Shown piece after piece: positions 39,998 to 49,625 of a DNA stretch of 64,000 nucleotides (position 1 is its first letter; each line of letters begins with the position of its first letter). The notes beneath the pieces were generated by a model that saw only the letters and a program-made list of their open reading frames with translations, was not told the DNA's origin and did no database searches. The position numbers were made by a program, and so were the translations under genes. The stretch is from an uncultured Nitrospiraceae bacterium. GTDB taxonomy: Bacteria > Nitrospirota > Thermodesulfovibrionia > Thermodesulfovibrionales > Dissulfurispiraceae. Location of the stretch: assembly GCA_963727805.1 (NCBI GenBank), contig CAVSHF010000003.1, forward strand, positions 1,472,001-1,536,000, read 5' to 3'.

Positions 39998-41167
39998 ATG
40001 AAAAAATTCGATCTTAAAGTGCTTTTACTGCTGGCACTGGGACATTGTATGACCGATATCTATCAGGGCGCTCTTCCGGCGGCATTGCCATTTCTCAGGG
40101 ATAAGCTCAGCCTTACGTATACCTCAGCTGGGATTATTCTGATTGCATCGAACCTTGCGTCATCAGTGGTACAGCCATTATTTGGATTCTATTCGGACAG
40201 GAAGGAGAAGCCTCTTCTGCTGCCTATGGGGTGCCTCTGCGCCGGACTAGGGTTTTCTCTGTTGGCCTTCCCTTCGAATTATACTATCATTCTGTCGCTT
40301 GTTCTCCTCAGTGGGTTCGGCGTGGCTGCTTACCATCCGGAAGGGTTCAAAACAGCATCCTACTTTACCGGCGACAAAGTCGCTACCGGTATGTCGGTAT
40401 TCTCTGTTGGCGGGAACCTGGGGTTTGCTCTCGGACCTATGGCTTCCCTGTTCATTCTCAAACACTACGGCCTCTCATTTCTTCCGTGGATGATTTTGCC
40501 TGCATTACTTTTCGTTCTGCTTATTGCTGTTTTCTGGAAAACAATCCTGGTCCCTGGCCGAGTGAATACCGGAGACGAGAAGAAATCTCTAACGAAATCG
40601 CAGAATTCCGCTTATGCAGCTTTATCGCTCGTAATCGCTACGGTCATAATGCGCTCATGGACTCAGTTCGGCCTTATAACGTACGTTCCTTTTTACTATA
40701 TTGATTATCTAAAAGGCGATCCCATGTACGCAGGGAAGCTCGTCTCGACCTTTCTCCTGAGCGGTGTACTCGGCACGCTGATCGGAGCACGTCTGGCCGA
40801 TCGATGGGGTCATAAACGCTTTGTGATAATTTCATTCGCCGTAGCCTCGGCAGTGTTTCCGCTTATCTTTGTTGCAAAGGGATATGCCTTGTTTCTGATA
40901 TTCGGTTTTTTCGGCTTCGTCCTTATTTCCTCGTTTGCCGTCACTACCGTAATGTCACAGCGGTTGCTCCCAGGAAATGTAGGCATGGCATCGGGTCTAA
41001 CGGTGGGATTCGCGATCGGTACGGGCGGCATTGGAGTCACTGTTTTAGGGGTGATCGCAGATGCGTATGGCGTCCCCGCCGCTCTGAAATTCATCACAAT
41101 ACTCCCCGTACTAGGATTTATCATCAGCCTGTTTATCCGGTATCCATTATATCAACGAGAACAATGA
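39998..41167 (+). CDS. MFS transporter, Fsr (fosmidomycin resistance)-like
   Basis: GHCMTD.YQG, SSVVQPLFG..SDR, AAYHPEG, SVFSVGGNLGFALGP, LADRWG, GMASGL..GFAIG.GG. Confidence 0.88.
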   Translation: MKKFDLKVLLLLALGHCMTDIYQGALPAALPFLRDKLSLTYTSAGIILIASNLASSVVQPLFGFYSDRKEKPLLLPMGCLCAGLGFSLLAFPSNYTIILSLVLLSGFGVAAYHPEGFKTASYFTGDKVATGMSVFSVGGNLGFALGPMASLFILKHYGLSFLPWMILPALLFVLLIAVFWKTILVPGRVNTGDEKKSLTKSQNSAYAALSLVIATVIMRSWTQFGLITYVPFYYIDYLKGDPMYAGKLVSTFLLSGVLGTLIGARLADRWGHKRFVIISFAVASAVFPLIFVAKGYALFLIFGFFGFVLISSFAVTTVMSQRLLPGNVGMASGLTVGFAIGTGGIGVTVLGVIADAYGVPAALKFITILPVLGFIISLFIRYPLYQREQ

Positions 41168-41185
41168 CAGTACCTGCCTGTTTTA

Positions 41186-41290
41186 TCACAATCATTTTCC
41201 CCTTTTGAAAAGGACTCGCATTAGTACGGCAATGATGGCCATTACGCCGACGACGACTGGATATCCGCACAGCCATTCGAGTTCCGGAAA
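41186..41290 (-). pseudogene. corA: 3'-end remnant of a corA Mg2+ transporter
   Basis: Translates FPELEWLCGYPVVVGVMAIIAVLMRVLFKRGK*L*, matching the CorA C-terminal MPEL.W..GYP...FKR.KWL* pattern with TGG>TGA. Confidence 0.65.
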
Positions 41291-41371
41291 AAGCGAATCC
41301 GCTGAACTATCCCTTATGCGCGATGCTGGTATTTATGAACTATCTCCACCCCATTCAGGTGGACTCTAAAA

Positions 41372-41515
41372 ATGGCGGGCGTCGAATTGCTAAATGTCGA
41401 TTGACTGAAGGAAGAAAGAGGGAACTCATTCACTAAAAGGGTCGCTTTATTGACTGCAGTCTTCGCCGTTATACTTGCCATATGCTCCCTTGGCTGGAAC
41501 AACTCTAAAAACAAA
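41372..41515 (+). pseudogene. 5'-end remnant of a DUF4337-like membrane protein
   Basis: AGGTGG SD; MAGVELLNVD*LKEERGNSFTKRVALLTAVFAVILAICSLGWNN; TGA at 41402; similarity lost after ~45 codons. Confidence 0.55.
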
Positions 41516-41544
41516 CGTAGCCCAAAGCTTTTGCACTGTGGGGA

Positions 41545-42171
41545 TTATGCGCTCTCACTCACCAGCGCAATTACGCGGACTGGTGCTGCTTCGGCCTTGA
41601 ACTTCGCCGGCAACGCACAGACTTCAAACACAACAATGCCGAGCAGGCTTTCGAGGTTTGTCAGATTCTCTATGATCAGCACATCTCCTGAGAGCAATAT
41701 CCGATGGATTAGAAACGGCGTTCGGTCGGGACTGGCTGTATCCAAGCCCACAATGCTCACTCCCGCCTTCACGAGCTCCTCGGCAAATGATTCTGTCATA
41801 TCAGGATAATCGCTATAATAAGACGCATGATGGTACTGCTCGGAAAAACCGGTCAACACAAGGACAATATCATTCTGCTGAAGCTGCACTCCCGAGAGAA
41901 GATCATCGTCTATCATTTCCTTCCCACGCGCGTCGATCAGAACGCCCCGCCCGATGAATTTCTCCACCGGGATTTCAGAGAGAGATTTCCCGTTTTTGAA
42001 CATATGAAGCGGACTGTCCATGTGGGTCCCCGTATGCATGCACGTTTTCACCTGTGAGAGTGTGAAGCCCCCTACGGGGATGTCGGTCAAACGGATTATC
42101 TCCGGCTCAGGATCGCCAGGATAGACAGGCATGGCATCATCAAAGGTATGGGTCAGGTCGATGAGCTTCAT
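41545..42171 (-). CDS. Cyclase-family metal hydrolase (kynurenine formamidase-like)
   Basis: MKLIDLTH, PVYPGDP, HTGTHMDSPLH, VGLDT.SPD, IIENLTNL, APVRVIA. Confidence 0.9.
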   Translation of the reverse strand: MKLIDLTHTFDDAMPVYPGDPEPEIIRLTDIPVGGFTLSQVKTCMHTGTHMDSPLHMFKNGKSLSEIPVEKFIGRGVLIDARGKEMIDDDLLSGVQLQQNDIVLVLTGFSEQYHHASYYSDYPDMTESFAEELVKAGVSIVGLDTASPDRTPFLIHRILLSGDVLIIENLTNLESLLGIVVFEVCALPAKFKAEAAPVRVIALVSESA

Positions 42172-42182
42172 GGCTAATCTCG

Positions 42183-43214
42183 TCAGACGAGTCCTCGTTC
42201 TGCCAGTTCGCTCTTTATGTAAGCGTAATATATCGGGGCAGCGATGACGCCTGCAATGCCGAAAGCTGCCTCCATTGCGATCATCACAATCAGCAATTCC
42301 CACGCATGGGCATGGATCCGGGCACCGATAATGCGGGCATTAAGAAAGTATTCGAGTTTATGTATCACGATGAGAAAACCCATAGATGCCGCTGACACTG
42401 AAAGCGAATAGCTTAGGCTGACAATTACGATTATTGTATTTGAAATGATGTTGCCGATCACGGGAAGAAGCCCGGTGATGAACGTGATAGTCACCATTGT
42501 TACAACGAGTGGTAAGTGGATACCGAACATTGGAAGTAGAACGCCCAAATAAATCGCCGCAAACAGAGCGTTCAGAGCAGCGATGCGCACCTGGGCAAAC
42601 ACCACAAAACGGAAGGCCGTGCCGAACCTTTCGGCACGCGCCCCCAACGCACGGGCAAGAGGGCGGGATTCATGTGACGATACTACTTCTCTTAGAGAGA
42701 TAAGCGCGCCAAGCACCATGCCCATCAATACATGAATAGTGACTAGTCCAGCCTCCTTTCCCACTATCTGAACTTCCTTGGCATGGTCCCTGAGCCACAG
42801 CGCAATACCTTCCCTGAGACCTTCGGGGTCGCCCGGAAAGTATCCCTTCATCCATAGCGGAAGCGCCTCGCGGTAACCATCAATAATCTCAGCCATTTTC
42901 CTGAGCAAAAGCGGGATGCTGCCCGACTCTCCCCGCATAAATACGATAATGCCCCATATAATAAGAGAGAGCATTGCCACGATCATTATCGAGAGAAGCG
43001 AGACGACGACTACTCTGGCTCGAAGACCCATCAACGTGCCGATCCGGAGCAACCGCGAAAGCACGTGGACTAGCTCGTAGACGAGCATGCCCGAAAGCAG
43101 CGCCGGAAGCAGCTGAAGTTTAAGGACAAGAATCATTGCAGCTCCTGCCAACAGCCACGAGGCAAGGTCATAGCCCGTAAATTTCAATTTTTCGATTTCG
43201 CTTGTCTCTCCCAT
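42183..43214 (-). CDS. AI-2E family transporter
   Basis: AQVRIAALN, GLLPVIGN, HKLEYFLNARIIG, FGIAGVIAAP. Confidence 0.88.
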   Translation of the reverse strand: MGETSEIEKLKFTGYDLASWLLAGAAMILVLKLQLLPALLSGMLVYELVHVLSRLLRIGTLMGLRARVVVVSLLSIMIVAMLSLIIWGIIVFMRGESGSIPLLLRKMAEIIDGYREALPLWMKGYFPGDPEGLREGIALWLRDHAKEVQIVGKEAGLVTIHVLMGMVLGALISLREVVSSHESRPLARALGARAERFGTAFRFVVFAQVRIAALNALFAAIYLGVLLPMFGIHLPLVVTMVTITFITGLLPVIGNIISNTIIVIVSLSYSLSVSAASMGFLIVIHKLEYFLNARIIGARIHAHAWELLIVMIAMEAAFGIAGVIAAPIYYAYIKSELAERGLV

Positions 43215-43454
43215 TTATATGTTCCGTCTCAGTTTGTATTATATCCATTCTCGCTGCTTTACGGGGGACTCAAACTTCAACCAATAGCATGCAGATAGAT
43301 ACAGCAAACCGCCTGATCGGTTCTCTTCATAAGAGTCTGTTGCCCTGATCGATGATCACCCGACTAATACCCTGTCAACGAAGTGAAATCCTCATACCGC
43401 AGAGAATGGCTAGGTTCTGTATAACATTTCTGCGGGTGTTCTAATAATGATTGG

Positions 43455-43736
43455 TTATAATAAGCTCCAGTCATCGACCACCAATCTCTTTAAACCGAGG
43501 AAACTGCTGACGGTGATGGTCAGAGGAATCTTCCGAAGCCTGCTTGGGACAAAAATCGTCACATCATGCATGATCTTCTTTTCATAATCTCGCATGTTTC
43601 GCGGCTCACCGAAACGGACGACAGGGCACTCCTGAAAGTCAAAACAGCAGTTTATGATGGTCTTCGGCAATTCAAGAAATATCGGTTTGTCCTTGCTCTG
43701 AATCAACGCGACGGCATCAGGGGTTAGTGTCAGCAT
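43455..43736 (-). CDS. Small HesB-like CC-motif protein (CC/Se-motif family, Cys form)
   Basis: MLTLTPDAVALI...NCCF...P.VRFGEP...Y......TIFV...FLGLKRLVV. Confidence 0.6.
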   Translation of the reverse strand: MLTLTPDAVALIQSKDKPIFLELPKTIINCCFDFQECPVVRFGEPRNMRDYEKKIMHDVTIFVPSRLRKIPLTITVSSFLGLKRLVVDDWSLL

Positions 43737-43937
43737 AATCTATTATAAAGTTTACTTAGAATCCTTGTCACATCACACAAGTTATATTTAGCCCGCTTTT
43801 CAGTGCAATATATTCTTTAAGTCTATCGGGACTGCTGCGAAGGATCTCTCGCCCATTGTGGCGTTCCAGCGGGTAGATATCCATGCAGCAATAAAAGCTG
43901 TTGTCCCTCTTTACGTCCTTTCGGGTAAACTAATCAA

Positions 43938-44705
43938 ATGCGAAATATCAGGCTCCTCATCCAATACGACGGAACGGATTATAGCGGATGGCAGGTCCAG
44001 CCCAACGCGGTGACAATCCAAGGATTGATTGAACAGTGTCTCAGGAAGATCACTGGCGAGGAGACACGGGTCTTGGGCGCAGGCAGGACCGATGCCGGTG
44101 TTCATGCACTCGGGCTTGTCGCTTGCTTCAGGACTTCCTCTCGACTCGACCCGCAAATACTTCAATATGCGCTCAATGCGCACCTTCCCTGCGATATACG
44201 AATAATGCAGTCTGATGAGACTGACGATTCGTTCCATGCCCGTTTTTCTGCGAAAAGAAAATCATATTTTTACCTTATCTCCATGGACAGAATCGTTACT
44301 CCGTTTCTTCACCGTTATGTATGGAGGTTGCCCTTTGCTCTTGATTTGGCGGTAATGAAAGAATCGATATCATACATAACCGGTACACATGATTTCTCTG
44401 CCTTCAGGGGTAGCGGTTGCGGGGCAAAAACTGCGGTCCGCACGATTCTCGAGGCAACGATTGAAAAACTTCAGGTACTTGAATGTATGACTTTTCGCTG
44501 TGAAGGCAATTACGTTAAGTTCCGCTTTGAGGGTGATGCCTTTTTGCGCCACATGGTGAGAAACATAGTAGGGACCATCGTGGAAGTAGGGAAAGGCAAA
44601 ATAAAGCCCGAAGATATCGGGCGAATTATGAGTAGCGGCAACAGAAATTGTGCAGGGCCAACAGCGCCGGCACAGGGGTTATACCTCGAGAAAATAATCT
44701 ACTAA
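43938..44705 (+). CDS. truA: tRNA pseudouridine(38-40) synthase
   Basis: YDGTDYSGWQ, GAGRTDAGVHA, FHARFSA, GTHDF, FLRHMVR, TAPAQGL. Confidence 0.97.
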   Translation: MRNIRLLIQYDGTDYSGWQVQPNAVTIQGLIEQCLRKITGEETRVLGAGRTDAGVHALGLVACFRTSSRLDPQILQYALNAHLPCDIRIMQSDETDDSFHARFSAKRKSYFYLISMDRIVTPFLHRYVWRLPFALDLAVMKESISYITGTHDFSAFRGSGCGAKTAVRTILEATIEKLQVLECMTFRCEGNYVKFRFEGDAFLRHMVRNIVGTIVEVGKGKIKPEDIGRIMSSGNRNCAGPTAPAQGLYLEKIIY

Positions 44706-44706
44706 G

Positions 44707-45132
44707 TTAAAGTACCCCCTCTTCTTTTTCAAGTTTCTCCTTCATCTCTCGTTCTTCCTGGCAGTCCCTGCAAAAGATGGCGAAAGGCAGTATTTTTAGC
44801 CTCTCTTCGCTGATCTCGTCTCCACACTCGTCACAAATCCCATAAGTGCCCTCGCTGAGCTTTCTGAGGGCAGAATCTATTTTGAGCAGCGTCTCCCTGT
44901 GTGTGCTCAACTGCTTAAGGTTAATGTCCTCCGCAAGATCGACCACCGAAAGGTCTCCATCATCAAGCACCGTTTCAACGAGCTGTTTCTTTTCGCCCGA
45001 AACATACTTCCTTATCTCGGACTTGCTCTCTTTTACAATATTTTCCCTCTTCAAGATAAGCAATTTCTTAAGCCGGTCCCTCCGGGCCTCATCGCTCTCG
45101 GGCTGTTCCTTTTTCTGTGCCTTCTTGGCCAT
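44707..45132 (-). CDS. DksA/TraR C4-type zinc-finger protein
   Basis: Coiled coil with DDGD tip, GTYGICDECG..I..ERL, FCRDCQE. Confidence 0.9.
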   Translation of the reverse strand: MAKKAQKKEQPESDEARRDRLKKLLILKRENIVKESKSEIRKYVSGEKKQLVETVLDDGDLSVVDLAEDINLKQLSTHRETLLKIDSALRKLSEGTYGICDECGDEISEERLKILPFAIFCRDCQEEREMKEKLEKEEGVL

Positions 45133-45192
45133 TTCTCTCTCCTCTGTGCAGTGTGAAAGCTGTCTCCAATGTCAGCCCTGTAGCCGCAACTG

Positions 45193-45324
45193 TTACTCAG
45201 CGGGGGCAACGACTTCTTTACAGATTCCCCTGATGCTTCTCATTTTGATACCGACCTGTTCGCAGGCCTTCAGGATATCGGTCTTTCTTGCCTCGGAAAC
45301 CTTAACAACGTAGCTTGCATTCAC
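45193..45324 (-). CDS. Possible 43-aa small protein (MNASYVVKVSEARKTDILKACEQVGIKMRSIRGICKEVVAPAE)
   Basis: GTG 7 nt after frr stop; fills frr-dksA gap co-directionally; protein-like composition. Confidence 0.5.
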   Translation of the reverse strand: MNASYVVKVSEARKTDILKACEQVGIKMRSIRGICKEVVAPAE

Positions 45325-45331
45325 AGACGTA

Positions 45332-45886
45332 TCATACTTCCATAATCTCTTTTTCTTTATGCTGGAGCACCTCTTCGACCTTTTGAATGAAAGAATCAGT
45401 CAGTTTCTGAATCTCTTCCTGAACCCGCTTTACATCATCCTCGCTCAGGTGCTTTTCCTTCTCGCTTTTCTTAAGGTCTTCGATAATATCCCGCCGGATG
45501 TTCCTGATGGCCACCCTGGCTTCCTCGGACCTTTTTTTTACTACTTTCACAAGCTGCTTTCTTCGCTCCTCCGTAAGTTGGGGAATGTTTATCCGGATAG
45601 TTTTTCCGTCATTCCCAGGCATAAGGCCAAGGTCCGACTTTAGGATCGCCTTTTCAATGTCGGGAATGAGCCTCTGTTCCCAGGGTTGGATGGTCATCTG
45701 CCTGCTCTCAGGAATACCTAGTGTCGCGATTTGGCTGATATGCGTCGGGGTTCCGTAATAATCGATCTTGATACTGTCGAGCAGGCTGAGTGAAGCCCTT
45801 CCGGTCCGTATGGACCCATAATCCTTCTTCAGAGATTCAATGGCGCCGTTCATCCTATCAGTAGCCTTCTTCTTAAGTTCCTGCAT
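45332..45886 (-). CDS. frr: Ribosome recycling factor
   Basis: IRTGRA, DYYG, PQLTEERRK, RVAIRNIRR, KEKEIMEV. Confidence 0.97.
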   Translation of the reverse strand: MQELKKKATDRMNGAIESLKKDYGSIRTGRASLSLLDSIKIDYYGTPTHISQIATLGIPESRQMTIQPWEQRLIPDIEKAILKSDLGLMPGNDGKTIRINIPQLTEERRKQLVKVVKKRSEEARVAIRNIRRDIIEDLKKSEKEKHLSEDDVKRVQEEIQKLTDSFIQKVEEVLQHKEKEIMEV

Positions 45887-45916
45887 GTCCCACCCCGTCT
45901 ACAATGAATAGATGGA

Positions 45917-46663
45917 TCAGCGACCGCCCTTCATGACGGTCGTACCGATCTTCTGTCCAAGCAAAAGATTCTTTATATTATCTGTTTTTTTGATATCAAA
46001 AACAACTATCGGAAGGTTATTGTCCATGCAAAGCGATATGGCTGTCGAATCCATGACCTTGAGGTCCTGCTTTATGACATCAAAATAGGAAATAATATCA
46101 TACTTCTTCGCCGCCGGGTCCTTCGTGGGATCGGCTGTATATACGCCGTCGACCTTCGTACCCTTCAGGATGACCTCGGCACCGATCTCCATGGCCCTGA
46201 GGGCTGCGGCGGTATCAGTCGTAAAATAAGGGTTGCCGGTCCCTGCAGCAAAAATTACGATCCGTCCTTTTTCGAGATGACGCACAGCCTTTCGCCGTAT
46301 ATAAGGCTCAGCAAGCTCCCGCATCTCGATGGCCGACTGTACCCTTGTCTGAAGTCCCAGTTTTTCAAGGGAATTCTGGAGCGCAAGGGCGTTAATGACC
46401 GTGGCGAGCATCCCCATATAATCAGCAGATGCCCGCTCCATACCCTGCAGTGATGCCTCCACACCCCTGAAGATATTGCCTCCACCAATGACCACCGAGA
46501 TCTCAACACCCATATCATAGACCTTTTTGATCTCCGCAGCCATAAACCTAACCGTAGAAGGGTCCAAGCCGTAGGTTTTATCACCCATTAGGGCCTCCCC
46601 GCTCAGTTTGAGGAGAATCTTCCTATAGATCGGCTTGGGAGCTGATTTCTTTACAGATGACAT
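45917..46663 (-). CDS. pyrH: UMP kinase
   Basis: [38 protein letters not shown]. Confidence 0.98.
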   Translation of the reverse strand: MSSVKKSAPKPIYRKILLKLSGEALMGDKTYGLDPSTVRFMAAEIKKVYDMGVEISVVIGGGNIFRGVEASLQGMERASADYMGMLATVINALALQNSLEKLGLQTRVQSAIEMRELAEPYIRRKAVRHLEKGRIVIFAAGTGNPYFTTDTAAALRAMEIGAEVILKGTKVDGVYTADPTKDPAAKKYDIISYFDVIKQDLKVMDSTAISLCMDNNLPIVVFDIKKTDNIKNLLLGQKIGTTVMKGGR

Positions 46664-46680
46664 GTCTTCAGCACCTTCAC

Positions 46681-47295
46681 TTAACAGGATTCGGCCTTAG
46701 CAAGGCCTTCGCCGAGCTGAAACCGGGCGAACCTTCTAACAATGATGTTTTCGCCTAGCTTGGCGACCTTTTCGGTTATTAGCTCTTTAACCTTTTTTTT
46801 ACCATCAGGATCTTTTATAAAGACCTGTTCGAGCAAACACGTATCGCTATAGAATTTCTCAAGCTTCCCCTCGAGAATCTTCTCAACCACCTGCGGGGGC
46901 TTGTTGACCACCTGTGCCCGGTAGATTTCCTTTTCCCTTTCGATAATCTCAGAAGAAACATCTTCCCTCGATATATATGGCGGGTTGGCTGCAGCAATGT
47001 GCATGGCAATATCTTTTACCAGCCCCCTAAAGTCGTCGGTCCTCGCCACGAAATCCGTCTCGCAATTGACCTCGACCATTACGCCGAGCTTGTCCATATG
47101 GATGTATGAACCGATGAGTCCTTCTGAAGCCGACCTGCTTGCTTTCTTGGCGGCGGAAGCAAGACCTTTCTGCCGAAGGAAATCAATGGCCTTTTCCATG
47201 TCGCCGGCACTGTCCGAAAGGGCGCGCTTGCAGTCCATCAGTCCCGCGCCTGTCTTTTCCCTCAGTTCCTTTACCATCTCAGCACTAACGTTCAT
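46681..47295 (-). CDS. tsf: Elongation factor Ts (short form)
   Basis: [33 protein letters not shown]. Confidence 0.97.
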   Translation of the reverse strand: MNVSAEMVKELREKTGAGLMDCKRALSDSAGDMEKAIDFLRQKGLASAAKKASRSASEGLIGSYIHMDKLGVMVEVNCETDFVARTDDFRGLVKDIAMHIAAANPPYISREDVSSEIIEREKEIYRAQVVNKPPQVVEKILEGKLEKFYSDTCLLEQVFIKDPDGKKKVKELITEKVAKLGENIIVRRFARFQLGEGLAKAESC

Positions 47296-48083
47296 TATGC
47301 GGTCTCCTTCTCAGCAGCTGCTGTTGATGCTTCCTTCTCATCACGAGCAGCTTTTTCCTGGCTTGCTGCGGCGTCGGCAGCCTCTTGTGTCTTCTTTGCA
47401 AGGGTCCCCTTGCCTTCTATGGTTGCCGATGCCATCTTTGATGAAATCAGTTTAATCGCCCTTATGGCATCGTCATTGCCAGGGATGACATAATCAGCAT
47501 CTTCGGGATCGCAGTTCGTGTCGACAACAGCGACTATGGGTATCGAAAGTCTCTTGGCCTCCTGAACAGCGATATTTTCCTTGCGCGGATCAATGATAAA
47601 CACCGCGTCAGGGATAGTCTTCATTTCCTTGATGCCGCACAGGTTCTTTTCGAGCTTTTCTCGCTCATTCTCGAGTTGGGACACTTCTTTTTTGGTGAGG
47701 ACATTATAGGTCCCGTCCGCCTTCATAGTCTCTATCTTTTTGAGTCTTTCGATGCTCTTTTTGACGGTAGTATAGTTCGTAAGCATGCCGCCGAGCCACC
47801 TACTCGTTACATAAAAAGCACCAGCCTTTTTTGCCTCTTCGGTTACGGCATCCTGTGCCTGTTTTTTGGTCCCTACGAAAAGTACAGAACCACCTGCGGC
47901 AGCTACATTCTTAAGAAAATTATATGCCTCTTCCACTCCCTTCAGTGTTTTCTGAAGATCGACGATATGTATACCGTTTCTTTCGCCGAAGATGAACTTC
48001 TTCATCTTCGGGTTCCACCTTTTAACCTGGTGCCCGAAATGGGCGCCTGACTCCAAAAGTTCCTTCATCGTTACAACAGCCAT
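47295..48083 (-). CDS. rpsB: 30S ribosomal protein S2
   Basis: [38 protein letters not shown]. Confidence 0.98.
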   Translation of the reverse strand: MAVVTMKELLESGAHFGHQVKRWNPKMKKFIFGERNGIHIVDLQKTLKGVEEAYNFLKNVAAAGGSVLFVGTKKQAQDAVTEEAKKAGAFYVTSRWLGGMLTNYTTVKKSIERLKKIETMKADGTYNVLTKKEVSQLENEREKLEKNLCGIKEMKTIPDAVFIIDPRKENIAVQEAKRLSIPIVAVVDTNCDPEDADYVIPGNDDAIRAIKLISSKMASATIEGKGTLAKKTQEAADAAASQEKAARDEKEASTAAAEKETA

Positions 48084-48174
48084 TTTTGTTCCTCCTTGGT
48101 TTTTCCTCCGCCCTCATCTCCTAACCCGCCGATTGTCGGGACCATAAGAGAATTATACTGGACGTGTGTTTTTA
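48084..48174 (-). ncRNA. rpsB 5' leader (t44/S2 autoregulatory-type RNA)
   Basis: Starts ACACACG, ends CGGAGGAAAAACC before SD, the conserved ends of rpsB leaders; promoter TTGATA-18-TAAACT at 48183-48212. Confidence 0.6.
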
Positions 48175-48296
48175 AGCTTAAAAGTTTATCATGAATTACA
48201 CTTATTTATCAAGAAGTAAAGCAATACATTTAGAAAGCTATAGGAGTGGCTTGATAAATAGTTGCATAATGTCGCAGAAAAGGCTTTCCCGTCGGC

Positions 48297-49625
48297 TCAA
48301 TCTATAAGTGGGAGCTGCCATTTATTGTGATGTCTTTTGTGGGAATACAGACGAATCGAATTCTTTAAAAGCTTTGCTTCATACAGCGCCTTGTCGGCGG
48401 CATCATATATATCCTTGTGATCTTTAAATTTGGCACCCTTTGTATGAGCGATCCCGATGCTAACTGTAGGGGCATAGGTCATTCCCCTGAAATGTTGTTT
48501 CGCAAAGGTCTCCTGTAGTCTCAGGGCGAAATTATAAGCACCTTCCACGTCGGACTCGAGAAGGGCATATCCAAATTCGTCTCCACCGAGCCTGCAGACG
48601 ATATCTCCCTTTCTACCAATCTGGCGAAGGATATTCGACAGGGTCCTGATGACCTTATCGCCGGCAACATGTCCATAAGTATCGTTGATCGGCTTAAGGT
48701 TATCGATATCGATGAAAAGCAGTGAAAGCTGCACACCGTATCGCGTTGTCCGCAAAAACTCTTCTTCGAGCCGTTTAAAGAAGAACCGTCGGTTGAAAAT
48801 GCCGGTGAGCGGATCGATCAGGGCGATCTTGCGCAACTGCCTGTTCTTTCTTGTCAGTTCTGCAGTCTTTTTGGCCACTTCCTCTTTGAGCGCCTCATTC
48901 CAGTGTGACATGTTGTTATAAAGCTTTGATAGAGCAATAACTTGACCGACAAATCCTGATAGCAGCACCATGAGGTTTTCCATATTCCGGTCATATATCT
49001 CGTGATACACCGGGTGGCTGAAATTGATGACACCGATCACCTCATCTCCGACCTTGATCGGCACTGCAAGTACCGATATTATATTAACGCTGGTGTCGAG
49101 CATTATGAATGTTGCATCTTTTGTAACATCGGGCACAAATACTGCTTTGCCGATAGAAAAAGCCTTCCCCGCCACCCCTTCTCCGATCTCTATCGTAGTG
49201 CCGATTTTCCGAGTCTTTGAGCGCTTGTACTTGTCTCCCTTGCCGCACCCGGCGATAAGCACAAGAGATCTCTCGTTTTCATCCTTAAGCATAATCGAAC
49301 AATTGTCGAAGTCAAGCTCCTTCGAAAAGATCCTGACCATTTCGCCGCAGAGAGTATCGATGTCCGTCTCAGAACGACTAAGCGCGCTCACTCTTATCAA
49401 TGCCGAGATCACCCCGATGATCTTCTCATAAAAATACTCGACTCTTTCAATAACGTGAATGGAACCACCTGCCATCACCTGGCATTTCGCTGCTTTTTCG
49501 ATTTCATCATTGATCTTTTTCGCAACATTAAGTTCTTCCCCTGAAAGCTGATTAAGAGGGAGAGGCCTTATCAGGGGTTGGCTGAATGATTCATGGAGAA
49601 GCCGTATGAATTCCTTATGGCTCAT
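48297..49625 (-). CDS. GAF + GGDEF diguanylate cyclase
   Basis: GAF (IGEGVAG, VPDVTKD, AVPI..IGVIN); DPLTGIFNRR, RKGD I-site, RLGGDEF, ADKALYEAK. Confidence 0.92.
   Translation of the reverse strand: MSHKEFIRLLHESFSQPLIRPLPLNQLSGEELNVAKKINDEIEKAAKCQVMAGGSIHVIERVEYFYEKIIGVISALIRVSALSRSETDIDTLCGEMVRIFSKELDFDNCSIMLKDENERSLVLIAGCGKGDKYKRSKTRKIGTTIEIGEGVAGKAFSIGKAVFVPDVTKDATFIMLDTSVNIISVLAVPIKVGDEVIGVINFSHPVYHEIYDRNMENLMVLLSGFVGQVIALSKLYNNMSHWNEALKEEVAKKTAELTRKNRQLRKIALIDPLTGIFNRRFFFKRLEEEFLRTTRYGVQLSLLFIDIDNLKPINDTYGHVAGDKVIRTLSNILRQIGRKGDIVCRLGGDEFGYALLESDVEGAYNFALRLQETFAKQHFRGMTYAPTVSIGIAHTKGAKFKDHKDIYDAADKALYEAKLLKNSIRLYSHKRHHNKWQLPLID

Noticed and set aside
41186..41404. In-frame TGA codons as selenocysteine or code reassignment
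   Set aside because: Both lie in truncated fragments at non-Cys positions, and TGA is an ordinary stop for many intact genes here
43769..43885. 38-aa minus-strand ORF MDIYPLERHNG...
   Set aside because: No SD or promoter, runs into the next gene's promoter, no recognisable motif
48203..48260. 11-bp inverted repeat TATTTATCAAG/CTTGATAAATA
   Set aside because: AT-rich with a 36-nt loop and overlapping the rpsB -35; too weak to call a terminator or MITE
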